Assembly: GCF_000400465.1 (NCBI RefSeq)
Contig: NW_008806292.1
Span: 176,444 to 208,443 of the forward strand
DNA length: 32,000 nucleotides
Direction: 5' to 3'
Origin: Wallemia ichthyophaga EXF-994
Lineage: Eukaryota; Fungi; Basidiomycota
The translations under genes and the position numbers were made by a program. Numbering within the stretch: the stretch's first letter is position 1; the number at the start of each line of letters is the position of its first letter. This document shows, one piece after another, positions 1 to 12,569 of this stretch. A model generated the notes under the pieces. The model had not been told where the DNA came from. It worked only from the letters and a program-made list of their open reading frames with translations, and searched no databases.

Positions 1-2719
1 ACCCCATTGCGATCCAAGCGACTCATAGGCTGACCTACATAGTTCGCTTCTCGACCCATTTATGTATAAATTCATGAGTAACTGCTGATGAATAGAGTGA
101 AGATTTTCTAGTGCGCCGATATCTCCATTAGTGACAGTCCTTTCAATATCAAAGTATGGATTAGAATCATTTTTGCCTTCCTCATGCATTCTTTGAAGCT
201 CCACCGTTCTAACATGAGCAAAGATGTTACCGAAATGCTCCAAAATCACCGAGCGCATGTTGTTGACTTCAGTTGGTGATTTGATTTTCGGGTCTATTTC
301 ATGCTCTACTAGCTTGACAGTGACAACAAGTAGCCAGGATGCACCGGGCCACTCTGGAAGATGCAGTACTGTCAGTGCATCATTTACAATATTCTCCAAC
401 ATGATCTTATAGTCTGCCTCATGCGAGCTCTTTTGCGATTTGGATTGTGAGATGTGAGTAAACACTTGAAACATGATGCTCTGCGAAATTGATATTGTTG
501 GAACTAGAGCCCTCTTCCAGAGTCCAGCCTCAGCTAACAGAAACTCTGTATGTTTTTTATCTTTCCCATCATCTACCTCCTCATCTTTGAAAGTGTTCAA
601 GTGATGTTTGTCGCGCAAGGTGTTGACTTGTTCGTGCACGCTGTGCGAGCATGCTTGAACAAGCTGGAAAAGTAGTGCTGAGAGTGTGAAGATTGATTTT
701 CCTGACTTTAATTGGTACTGCCTGGTTTGCTTCTTTAACTCAGGTAATTTAATCGTTGCAGAGAGTATTTCGTCGATAATCCAATGTCTTTGTGTATCGT
801 AGTTTGCGAAGATATTTTGCATGAGAGTGAGCGCAGTCAGGCGCAATTCTCGCAATCCAATACCCCCTCCAATTGGCGAAAGAGCATTTTTAACGGCACC
901 GTTCTTCGTTGATGTTGGTTCAGCTACGAAAAATGGTCCGATCGAAATGTATGTTGCGGTGATCAAGACTGAGTCTCCCAGACTGACATGCGTAAGATTC
1001 ATTAGGGCATTTAGAGATGGAAGGGATGATTTGATTGCGTTGAAGAGGTTCGAGAGTTGCTTCTTGATTGGCTGTGGATCTTCTCTTGCAATATACGCGA
1101 GGCACTCAGATGGGTTGCCTATTTAAAATGTTAGTTAGACATGTACTACACAGCAAAACGTAGACCCACTGTATCCTTCTTCAATTGCTTCAACGTATGA
1201 ATATACAGTCTTGGTGAGATGATGTCTGAGAACCGACAAACACTTCGAAAGCACGTCTTCAAAGTAAAGCTGCTTTGGTAATTGGTCGAACTTCATAATC
1301 AGAAGAATGCACTCCACTGCTATAATGGATTCTGTGGATGTTTGAAGGTTTCTTTTACATCCTTCGACATCCCGTTCATCCACAGTCCAAACGGATAGCT
1401 TGTCACCCAGCCCAACGGTCTTGCTGAGTAGCTTGATCAGACGTGCGAGCGTAATGACCAGCTCTGATTGCGAAGTACCATCAAAGTCATTATTAGCCAG
1501 CTCAAGAATAGAGTTTGGCTTGCTGGCATAAAGTTGATTTAAACACGAGGAAATGTCTTTGATAAAGGTTGCTTGCAAGTGACCACCACTTGCAAACATA
1601 GCAGCGTATTCCTTAGGGATTTCATCCACGCCCATCAACACGCTATCTTCAGTCTCCAAAATTGAATTAATAAGTTGCTTGAGCTTCTTTAATGAATGCT
1701 TGTCAATTGAGTTATTGGACAGCTCTGTAGCAACAACAGTCCTGCGAGATGATGCAGCCTTGGGAATGTTCTTCAAAAGCGGGTTGTGTGCAACGATTTT
1801 GTCAACAAATTTATCGTCTTTTGTAACAGGAGGCGGTGCTTTCTCAGCTTCCATCGCTTCTGCAGGCGGATCGGAACTGAAATGCACTTGCTTGGCTGGT
1901 TTTGATTTTGGGTCTGACACATTTCGTGAAGTTTTAGGCGGTTCAGTCTGTTTGGAGCGTTTATTGCTAGGTGAGTTTGCTTCATATGGAACATCTCGCT
2001 TCTTGCTTTCCTTGTTTTTTGCAGGTAAATTTTCACCATCAGTCTTTGCATTCTCCCGTTTTAATTTGGACGATGAAGGAGGAGGAGGATCGTTAATGAT
2101 TCTATTCCTCAAAGAGTACAGATAGTTGCTGTCATCTTGCATTGATAATGCGATTTCTGCGTTGCTAGTATTCTTTGTCTTTGGTTTACTTGATCTAGGG
2201 AGTGGGGGTATAGATTTTTGTACTTTGTTTGCTGTTGAGTTAGGCATACCGATATCGAGATGGACTGGATTGTTAGATATTGATATATCTGCAGGTAGTT
2301 TGATATTGCTTTTGTATGTCAGCCATATCAAAGACATTGAATACGCGGAACTAACGGCAGAGATTCGTCCTGGATATTGAGCTGATGCTGTTTGCGTATC
2401 AGATCTACAATATCTTCGTCGTCTGATGCGCCAGTATTCCAGATGATATCAAATTCCTCGTTGGACGGCTTGGAGGAGGCTAAATCTGGAGACGATATAT
2501 ATGTATGTGATTCTGGAAAGAGCCTGGAGACTGTTGTGTGTGTTATCTCTTTGCATCTCGATGTTTGTTCTTCAACTCACATTGAGAAGATGGAAGTGCG
2601 TTTGGAAAGGGGGAGATAGAGATAACATCATTTATGTTCTTGATTGGCCTTTTGCTATTCCCCGGCCCATCATCCTTGCCACCGCCATAGAATGATCTCA
2701 CGGTGAATTTGGTCGTCAT
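1..2719 (-). CDS. SCC2: Cohesin loader Scc2/Mis4/NIPBL, N-terminal part; gene continues past the left edge. Exons 2719-2581, 2530-2356, 2308-1170, 1118-<1
   Basis: Spliced translation gives Scc2-like segments LPKQLYFEDVLSKCL, IGPFF, QRHWIIDEILSATIKLP..QYQLKSGKSIFTLSALLFQLVQ and EADYKIMLENIVNDALTVLHLPEWPGASWLL. Introns 2531-2580, 2309-2355 and 1119-1169 are GT..AG and keep frame. The start at 2719 is the nearest in-frame ATG for exon 1 and is less certain than the family call. Confidence 0.9.
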
Positions 2720-2756
2720 CGTTGGGTTGATCGTTCCCTTCACCGCAACAGCGATT

Positions 2757-4953
2757 ATGGCAGACGACAATGAAGAAGATTTTGGGCCAATGCCAATGCC
2801 CGATATGTCAAATAAGAAGAGGAAGGTGCTCACGCACGAGTCAACGTATCTCAACAATCTCCCGCTCAGCGACAGATATACAAAGTCCTTTATGCACAGA
2901 GACAACGTCCTCACGGCAGCGACCACAAAGACAAACTATATCGTGACTACATCTGTCGAAGGTACCATTAAGTTCTGGCACAAGGAGCCCAAAGGAATCG
3001 AGTTCAGAAAGCAATTCAGAGCTCATTTGCAGCCGATTGTAGCTACAGCTGTCTCCAACGATGGCAGCCTGGTGGCTACGCTATCAGAAGACAACTCTGT
3101 CAAGGTTTTCGATGTCGTCAGTTTCGATATGATCAACATGTTCAGTCTGGACTTCCCCCCTTCAACATGCGCATGGATACATAGTCCTAGCCAAGGCGGA
3201 TCTGTCCTAGCTATTTCCGACAAGAACTCATCGGCCATGCATCTCTTTGATGGCAGAGGAGACGGTAAACCCTTCCATACTCTCACCAGCATCCACAACA
3301 AGCCGGTCAACATCATCAAGTACTCAGACAGATACGATACTGTTATTTCAGCTGACATCGGTGGTATGATTGAGTACTGGTCACCTCATGAGCCGTATGA
3401 AACACCAAAAGATGTTCCACGCCTTTGGGAGTTTAAATCGTCTACCGATCTGTACGAATTTAGGAAGGCTAAAGCACCCCCAACCTCTATTGCACTTTCA
3501 CCGGACTCAAGTCACTTTGTTGCGTTCTCAATCAAAGACAGAAAGATCAGACTTTTCAATTTCCTCTCTGGTAAGCTTACGCGAAAGTATGATGAATCGC
3601 TGGAGGCTGCTAGTGAAATGCAGCAAGCAGGCACAGCTATATACAAATTAGATGATATGGAATTCGGCAGAAGACTAGCATTGGAGTCTGAGATACAAGA
3701 GAACGAGCACGCAGTGTCAAACATGAACGTCATATTTGACGAGAGCGGTAACTTTATCATCTACCCAACGCTCTTAGGTATTAAAGGTGCGTCAAGATAT
3801 TTTGTTAGCTGGGTCACTGACATTGATGTCTAGTTGTGAACATTGTCACAAACAAGGTTGCCAGAGTCCTTGGAAAAGACGACTCAATAAGATTCCTAAA
3901 TGTCTCGCTTTATCAAGGTGCACCGACGAAAAAAGGATTCATGACTGCCCAAATGGCTGCTTCTGACAATCCAATCTTGCAAGAGTCTCAGGCTCGTGAT
4001 CCTATACTCTTCTGTTCAGCGTACAAGCGTCCCCGTTTTCATCTCTTTTCGAACTCCGAGCCTGAAGGGTGAGTTGTTAATTCTAATTGAACATGAGCTG
4101 ATTTGTCTTCAGATCTGGAGATCGCGATGTTTTCAATGAAAAACCAACTCAAGAGGAACAAGCTATGACAGTCGCACCTGTCCAAAAGCAGATTAGACAA
4201 AGACCAGCGGCAGGAAAGGCGATTTTGCATACAACATTGGGCGACATTACTTTGCGATTGTGAGTGCGTTTACAGTGTTACTGTTGTGTTGATAATGAAA
4301 TCCAGATTCGCTGATAAGGCACCTAAGGCTGTCGAAAATTTTACCGGACATGCCAGCAGCGGCTACTACGAGGGCGTGATATTCCACAGAAGTACGTAAA
4401 ACGAGCTCACTTATGGCAAGCTAACGCATCGTCCAAGTCATCCGTAGATTTGTAAGAGATTCCTGCGATTAAAGCTGTCCTTACTAACGCAATCAAGATG
4501 CTTCAAACAGGTGACCCACTTGGTGACGGTACTGGTGGAGACAGTATCTTTGGCCACGACTTCGAAGATGAGTTTCATCCAGACCTGTCTCATGATAAGC
4601 CATACACGTTAAGGTAGGTGGATCTTGATTGGACCTGACTGAAGGTCTAACGAATGTAGCATGGCAAATGCAGGACCAGGAACTAATGCGTCGCAATTTT
4701 TTATAACCACAGTGCCAACACCGTGGCTGGATAACAAGCACACGTGAGTACAATATCAAGTAGAGTATTTCGCTGAATGTCCTTCAGGGTATTTGGTAGA
4801 GCGATTTCAGGGATGGATGTGATACACAAGATCGAAGAACTGAGAGTAGATAGGAAGGACAGGGTAGGTGATAATCCACTCGCAACACCGGCACTAACGA
4901 AGAGTAAATAGCCCGAGGATCCACCACAGATATCAAGTATATCAGTAGAATAA
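2757..4953 (+). CDS. PPWD1: WD40-repeat plus C-terminal cyclophilin peptidyl-prolyl isomerase (PPWD1/Cyp15 type), 609 aa, 9 exons: 2757-3786, 3834-4068, 4113-4259, 4306-4391, 4438-4451, 4498-4613, 4660-4743, 4788-4863, 4912-4953
   Basis: N-terminus [24 protein letters not shown] and [12 protein letters not shown] match PPWD1. The spliced cyclophilin domain reads [54 protein letters not shown]. Exons total 1830 nt, in frame. Confidence 0.95.
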
Positions 4954-5029
4954 TTTATAATTTGTAAAATTCATTTGAATAATTGCCATTTGTACCACCG
5001 ATAAACTTGCACACTGACACCCACGAGCG

Positions 5030-8000
5030 ATGGAAGATAAACCAGCGAAAGCGCATCAGCAAGCGCATGCGGGTAGAAAAGCAGAAAAGAAGGCGAAGAA
5101 GGTGGAAGGAAGTAATGGGAAAGAGAAGCCAATCAATCACAAGGTGCGTACTTGCAAAGACGCAGATATGGGTTGCTGACGAGCACCTGCGCAGGCTTTT
5201 ATTAGTTCAAATATAAACACACAGAACAGGAATATTATGAGGAACGCTGAGAAAAATCAGAAGAGACTGCATGTACCTCTGGTCGATAGAACACCAGGCG
5301 TTGATCAGGCGCCACCAGTGCTCGTAGCGGTAGCAGGCCCACCAGGTGTACGTTGCAAACATATGCAGTCGCCACTTCTAATACCTCAATCCAGGTTGGG
5401 AAAACTACACTGATGAAATCACTCATTAGACGCTACTCGAAGCACACGATCAACGATATCAAAGGACCTGTCACAGTCGTTGCAGGAAAAGCTCGTCGTA
5501 TCACTTTTGTTGAATGTCCTAACGATATCAGTTCTATGATCGATATTGGCAAAGTTGCAGATTTGGTACTGATGCTTATTGACTGCACAAGTGGATTCGA
5601 AATGGAGAGCATGGAAATGTTCTCAATCATGCGCCAACACGGTTTCCCAAAGATCATGGGTATTCTGTCGCATGTCGATTTGATCAAGAAGCAAGCTCAT
5701 TTAAGAGCCCAGAAAAAGCGACTGAAGCATCGTTTCTGGACTGAGACGTACGCTGGTGCTCGTCTTTTCCAATTATCTGGTGTCATTAACGGGAGGTATC
5801 CAAACAACGAGGTACTGAACCTCACCAGATTCATTTCGGTTATGAAGTTCCGTCCACTTATCTGGCGCAATACACACCCTTATCTTATAGCAGACAGACT
5901 TGAAGATCTGACAGAAAGAGAAGTTGTGAGACAGAATCCAGCAATTGACAGGAACGTCACGCTTTACGGATACGTTAGAGGTGTTCCACTGAAGCAGCAG
6001 ACAACAATACACATACCAGGCGCAGGCGATATGAATATTAAAAGTCTTGAAGCATTAGACGATCCTTGCCCACCACCAACAAAAGATAGCGAAAGGAAGA
6101 GAAGATTGGCTGACAAGCAGCGTTTAATCCATGCTCCTATGTCAGATCTCGGCGGTGTCAGATACGACAAAGATGCTATCTGGGTCAGAGTGAACGGCAA
6201 TTTTGACAAAAACTCATCAGAAGCCAAGGGTGAGGGTGAAAAGATGGTCATGGACCTTCAAGACGCTCCATCCACGCTCGAGGAGTCAATCAAGAAGTCT
6301 CAAATTCGCTTGCTCGGTGGTTCGTCGAAAGCTATCCAACACGACAAGGAAGATTCAGACGATGAACATGGCGAGGAGCTAGATTCAAATGCTGAAGATG
6401 AAGATGAAGATTTGTCCGACATAGAAGATGAGGAAGGAGTTGACAACGTTGATGACAAGGGCCGTACGAATATGCGTAGAGGTCGTTTTTACGAAGGTGG
6501 CGGAGAGGACAATATCCAGGAGGATATTGCATTCGATGACAGTGATTCAGAGGTTGACCTAGAGGAAGAGCAAGGTCATTTCGAACAAGACGATGAAGAT
6601 AATCCTGACCTTGAAGATGACGAGAATGAGGACGCTGACGGTGAGGAGGATGTGCCCAGATGGAAGCAAAAAATGGGCGAACACGCATCACTCGTCGCAA
6701 AGCAATCAAAGAACAAAGGAGATTTAATGTCTTTGATTTACAATTCTGATCTTACTCCCGAGCAAATCGTTTACGGAGATGATGCTGTTGAAGAGGAGGA
6801 AGATGAGAATAATGAGGATGACTTCTTCCAGGTCAAGAGAACACCTAAAAAGAGTCAATACGAAGGTCAAGTAGATATTATCCGCGCGCCAATCAGCCAA
6901 GATATTGTAGAAAAATGGACAGATGAGGACACACTTGACTCTATTCGTGGACTATTTATCACAGGCGCCGACCAAAATGAAGGCGGTGATGACGAGAACA
7001 ATGAAGGCTTCGAAGATCTCGAGAATGGGGATGGCGACGAAGAGGAGGAAAGAAATGAAGAAAAGGAAGTAGAAGACGACTCACCAGAAACTCGCGAAGA
7101 AAAGCGTCTCAAGGCTATCGCGGAGAAGAAGGAAAAGTTGAAGAAAAAGTTCGATGAGCAATATGATGACGATGAAGATGGTGAGAAGATGGACTTTTAC
7201 GATGAGCGTAAACAGGAGATGGCAAAAAAGCTAGAAGATAATGCAGCAGAGTTTGCTGATGATGATCCAGAAATTCGACAGCAAGTTGAAGGTTTTAGAT
7301 CTGGTACCTACGTACGTCTGGAATTAGATCGTGTTCCATGCGAGATGGTAAACAACTTCAACCCTTCTGTTCCTGTAATAGTTGGTGGATTACTGCCAAT
7401 TGAAATGCAATTCGGATATGCGCAATCAAGATTAATCAAGCACAGATGGCATGGAAAAATTTTGAAGACCAATGATCCATTGATCATTTCGTTGGGTTGG
7501 AGAAGGTTCCAGTCCATACCGATCTATTCACTTGAGGATAGATCAATTCGTAACAGAATGCTGAAATACACACCTGAACACGCGCACTGCTTGGCATCTT
7601 TCTATGGTCCATTAGCTACGCCAAATACCGCGTTCTGTGCTTTCAATACTTTATCGAACGATACACCGGCTTTCAGAATCAGTGCAACAGGTCTGATTTT
7701 GGACAATGACAAGAGTACTGAGATAGTTAAAAAATTGAAGCTTACAGGTACGGCCATGAAGGTGCATCACAATACGGCATTCATCAAGGATATGTTTAAC
7801 TCTGCTTTGGAAGTTGCTAAATTTGAGGGTGCTCATTTGCGCACAGTCTCTGGCATAAGAGGACAAATTAAAAAGGCTATCAGTAAACCAGAAGGAGCTT
7901 TCAGAGCTACGTTTGAAGACAAGCTAAAGATGTCAGGTGAGTGTGGGTTTGAAGTTTGTTGAATCTGGCTAACGTCTGATAGACATCATATTCCTGCGTG

Positions 8001-8578
8001 CTTGGTATGGCATCCAGCCACGCAAATTCTACAACCCAGTAACGAGTCTTCTCGATGGAGACTGGCAGGGAATGAAGTTGACAGGTGCGATTAGAAAGGA
8101 GAGACACATGAAGACTCCTCTGGATATCAACTCAGCATATAAAGTGAGTGGAATCTAAACACCACTACATATCTCACAAATTTCATTACAGCCTGTCGTT
8201 CGTCACAACAAGAAGTTCAACCCACTCAAAATACCTAAGCATCTTCAAGCCAAGCTACCATACGCGTCGAAGCCAAAACTGACCAAGCCACAAAAGAATG
8301 AGACGTACATGCAAAAGAGAGCTGTAGTTATGGAACCTGAGCAAAAGAGAGCGGTAGCGCTGATTCAGCAGATGAGAGCCATCGATAAGGACAAAGGTGC
8401 AAAGAGATCTGCCAAGAAAGATGAGAAGAGAGATGAGCGTCAGAAGAACCTCAACAAGATAGAGGAAAGACGTCAAGATCACCGCAAAGAAGAGCGCAAA
8501 GAGGCCATGAAGAAGCTGGGTATAAAGCGTGCTATTAGTGAAAACAGCGGAGGCTCAAAGAAGAGAGCGCGTAAATAG
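5030..8578 (+). CDS. BMS1: Ribosome biogenesis GTPase Bms1, 1118 aa; exons 5030-5143, 5195-5347, 5395-7936, 7983-8143, 8192-8578
   Basis: The P-loop GPPGVGKTTLMKSL is formed across intron 5348-5394. Also present: RRITFVEC, KVADLVLMLID, a long acidic insertion, and C-terminal LRTVSGIRGQIKKA / RATFEDKLKMSDIIFLRAW. Exons total 3357 nt. Confidence 0.97.
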
Positions 8579-8897
8579 ACCGTGCGCTTTGTAAACAATC
8601 TATATTTATTTGTAAACAACTGATAGATGGGAAGATATAAACAAAATTCATTGAGGTAAAGTAAAGTTTCTCCTGGCGAGAAGCAACAAAAGAACAAGAG
8701 TGACAACAAAGTAAGAAGAAACGATTAACATTGTGCATGTCTTGTTGAGGTATAAAGAAGAAAAGGGGAGAAAATTGAATTGAGTGGAGGGTTCTGAAGT
8801 GTGGAAATGTAGTAGTGTAGTGTAGTAGTATAATAGAGTGAATTAATTCCATCATATCAATCGTGAATCGTAACAACAACGTCGAAACCGAATGCTC

Positions 8898-11800
8898 TTA
8901 CTCAGCCCAAGGAGCGATCCACGAGAAACCAGCAAACTCAGCCTGGTCAGCTTCGGTGAGTTGACCCTGAACGGGTGTGAGGGTGGGTTGTTCGCGTGTG
9001 AACTCTGTGTCAAAGTTAGAGATATCGGTTGCGGATCCCTAAAAGGTAATGTGAGAAGTGGCTATAAAACTAACAACAAACTCACGATAGAAGGTCTGAA
9101 AGGAGGTGGGATGCGTCTGTGAAAGACGTCATCGAAATTGACATCACGGAAGTATGCATGCGCCTTGATATCTTCAGCATCAGCATCACCCGCACCAAGT
9201 CTCTTAGTAGGGTCTCTAGTGAGTAGTCTTTGCAACATGCTGACGGAATCTCTAGGCATATGGATAGGATAAAGTGGCTCGTCTTCGAGAATAGCGTCGA
9301 AGATCTCATCTTCGTCATCACCTCTGAAAGGCGATTGTCCAAGTAGCATCTCATATATGAGCACACCGAATGCCCACCAATCGACTGCACACGTGTATCT
9401 CTGCTCGAGGAGAATTTCAGGTGCCATGAATTCAGGCGTACCACAGAATGTCGATGTAGTGTTACCGTTACCCATGTTTTCTTTACACAGACCATAGTCA
9501 GCTACCTTGACATGACCATCGAGTGTGAGAAGGATATTGTCGAGCTTCAGATCTCTGTAGATGATTCCCTCCTGATGGAAGTACTCAAGTGCGAGTAAAA
9601 CTTCGGAGGCATAAAATTTAGCTTGGCGTGGTGTGAACTGTTGTCTTTGGATGTGCAGCATGAGGTCACCACCCGAAACATACTCCATAACGAAATAAAT
9701 GCGCGTCTCCGTCTGGAAACATGAATGCAATCCGAGCAAGAATGGGTGCCTTTGCTTAGCAGCAGACAAGAATACCCTCTTCTCAGATCTCGTCGATTCC
9801 ACTTCATCGTTCTCGATTATGAACTCCTTCTTGAGCACCTTGATTGCGAATAGCGAGCTGCTGCGCTTTTCCTCTGCTAACATAACCTTACCGAAGTTAC
9901 CCTTACCGATAACAGCAATAAAGTTAAAGTTATCGAGCCCTACCTTGCGTTGCACGGCTGTAGATACGCTTGCACTGACCTGCTGTGCAGGTTTAGGCTG
10001 GACCTGCTGTTGCTGATACTGCTGTTTCTGCTGAAACTGTGGAGGTGGTGCTCTGTAAGGCTGATCGGGACGCTGTCTGCTGTAGGGTGTTGGAGAAGGC
10101 ACCTGTGCCTGAGGTTGCTGGGATGGTGGTGGGTATGGACGTGGCACTTCTACTCTCTGTGGTTTGACTTGTTCCTTAGGTGCCGGTGCAGGTTCTTTAG
10201 GCGATGCTAAATCCATCTTTTGGGCACCTTTCTCAATCTCCTCTGTCGTCTTTTCATTACGCTCACGCTCACCTGCCAATGTCTCGTCAGAGGCCTTCTT
10301 GCTTGGAAGCGGCTTCTTTGGTTTGGATGGCTGCTTCTTGGCTGCGCCGATGGCCTGCATCTGACGCAAAAGGCTGTTTGCAGTAACCATACTCATACCA
10401 CAAAAGTCAGGAAGAAGGTGTGCACATTCAGCATGACATGTAACAGGACAATCTGAGCATTTCCTGGCTTTCTTCGAGAGTGGGTTGATGATCTCTCCGC
10501 AGTGACAGCACCAGTTGGGCGAGAGGGAACTGATAGGAGCTAATCTGTGCGGAATTCTATGTTTCACCTTATCTTCATCTTTTTCACCTGTATCTTGCTT
10601 AGATACACACTTGGTGACAACCTTCTCGTAGCAACCACGGTGACAGGTATATCTGCAGTCTTCACATCTGTATACCCTTCCATCAAGTACGAAATCATCA
10701 CAGTAAGCGCACTTGATGACATTTGTAATGAACTGCTTTTGTACGAAGGCGTGGCCGTTCATCTCATGTACTTGACCTTTACGCTTACGCAAAGCACCTT
10801 GTCTGCCGAGACCGTTGTTATCTGCAGGACGTTTGCTTACATTTTGTTTGACAAAGTTGAGTTTAAGAGCTACAGCACCAGCTGGCTGGACAGAGAACCA
10901 ACCTTCTACGCCCTCGTCGTCAAGTCTAGGAGAGGCGGCTTTCGAGATGGACTGGTTCACGCTGAGGTTGGTATTTGGAGATAGATCGTTAGGGCCATCA
11001 ACAGCAGAGAGTTTTTGCGGAGGTTGGCCAGGTCTGTCGAGACTACCTTGCTGATTCATACGTTCAAGCAGAGCACTCGCCTCAACGTCTGCCTTTTTTC
11101 TACGAAGTTCTTCGACGAGATCACTGACCTTGATCCACATGAGACCAATAGGTACACCTGAATCACTGGCGCCAGCTTGACGTTCATGGATTGCGATTTC
11201 CACCTCGTTAATCTTATCGACGGGGACTTCAAAAGACTCATTCCAAACGTTGTGACCGGTGGATCTAGAAGCTCTAGTTTTGACTGGAGGGGTATCCTCA
11301 CCGACCTTGATGAGAATCAGAGTCTCAAGTGGAGGTTGGCGGTGAGAGCGGTGAGACTGATTGGAGACAAGTTTGTGATTTAGGTCTCTCGCGCTCTTGA
11401 TTTGAATTTTGAGAGTACCAGAGAGCGGCTTACGCAGACCATCGACTTTGGCAGGCTCACCGGATTCTTCCGTGGTGGGAGCAACGTATAGATTCTGATA
11501 GCGACGAAGAGCTTGGCGGAGGATGGACATTTTAGCGTCAGACTCTACTTTCTTAAGCTGGGTCTCAATACGAGAGCGTTTGTCACCCTCAGCGGAATAA
11601 AGCAGGGCCATTTTCTCGATACCTTTCTTGTAGTGTTGTTCGCGAGCCAGCTTGTAATCGAGCTGATGGAGCATAAGGCTGAGCTTAGCGGGAGTGTACG
11701 GGCAGTCCTCCTTGGTGAGTTCAAAGTTTGATATCTGAGATTTGGGCCCACGCTTGGAGCTGTCACGGTGGATGGAGGGATGCTTGGGATTTGGGGTGTC

Positions 11801-12120
11801 TGTTTCGACGCCTGCATTGTTACCAGGGAGCTGTGGTAGCTCTCGCTCACCGTCCAAAACTCGCTTGCGACGTTCAACGAGATCCCTGAGTGTGGACTCA
11901 AAAAAGTTGACATTCCTCTGGGCCTCCCTGATTTGAGATTCAGCGAGTGAGCGTGCCATTGGATTTCCCAAGTGAGCATCTCTCATCTTCTGTGCGCTAT
12001 CAAGCATCGTGCGCTCAGTGGATAGCTTGTAGTGAACAGATTTAACCTTTTCATCAAGGGAGTTGTCCTGGCAGATTCTTTGTTAGAATTTAAGTTTCGT
12101 ATTTAATAGCCTTTTACCAT
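8898..12120 (-). CDS. PKC1: Fungal protein kinase C (HR1-HR1-C2-pseudosubstrate-C1-C1-kinase), 1041 aa; exons 12120-12118, 12067-9086, 9038-8898
   Basis: Pseudosubstrate RQGALRK, two Cys/His C1 domains, and kinase motifs GKGNFGKV, AIK, YRDLKLDN, DYG, TFCGTPEFMAPE. The C-tail SNFDTEFT..FAGFSW appears after splicing intron 9039-9085. The first exon is the ATG alone, followed by GTAAAA..CCAG intron 12068-12117. Confidence 0.97.
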
Positions 12121-12194
12121 TTTCACTTGAATCTTGCTTCTATCGTGGGTGTTGCGGTTTGAACGGCTTTTTTGCCTTTTCCTTGAAAACAGCG

Positions 12195-12477
12195 ATGTTC
12201 GATTCACTTACAAACCGTGAATTTATCTATTAAATATGAAGCCTCGCCTACTAACCCACCCACAGGCCCAAATCTCGTTCCTCAAAAGCAGCGCTATGCT
12301 CAAGGCAGAGGTGAATTCACCCACCTCAAAATGCCACGCTCGAGACTCTACTACTATGGATACCTTGCTGTCTTCGGTACTGGGATGGTTCTCACTGCGG
12401 GTGGAATTAAGACGCTTATCCAGGTGTGTTGATCATGTTCACCTGAAAACACACTAACACCTGTATAGGGAAAGTAA
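12195..12477 (+). CDS. COX7: Cytochrome c oxidase subunit VIIa (Cox7)-like, 62 aa; exons 12195-12216, 12266-12423, 12469-12477
   Basis: Spliced product is MFDSLTNRPNLVPQKQRYAQGRGEFTHLKMPRSRLYYYGYLAVFGTGMVLTAGGIKTLIQGK: an N..P.KQR.Y motif, one TM helix and a terminal GK, as I recall for fungal Cox7. Both introns have a CTAAC branch point. Confidence 0.8.
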
Positions 12478-12569
12478 TGTGATTTCAAGTGGATTGCGAT
12501 GATTTCAATTAAATTCAAGCAATCTCAAGTAATTCCAAGTAAATTAATCATATGTCTTCCAATACACTC

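Noticed and set aside
1135-2337. ORF-track start MSLIWLTYK for SCC2
   Set aside because: These codons lie inside intron 2309-2355 (GTTAGT..CTGAC..AAAG); the gene extends upstream through two more exons.
2703-2756. Hydrophobic N-terminal extension MNLVVIVGLIVPF of the PPWD1 ORF as a signal peptide
   Set aside because: It begins at a GTG that overlaps SCC2 exon 1 on the other strand; the ATG at 2757 matches the family N-terminus.
8809-8830. GTAGT/GTA short tandem repeat between the BMS1 and PKC1 3' ends
   Set aside because: Ordinary low-complexity 3' UTR sequence; not telomeric or CRISPR-like (no spacers).
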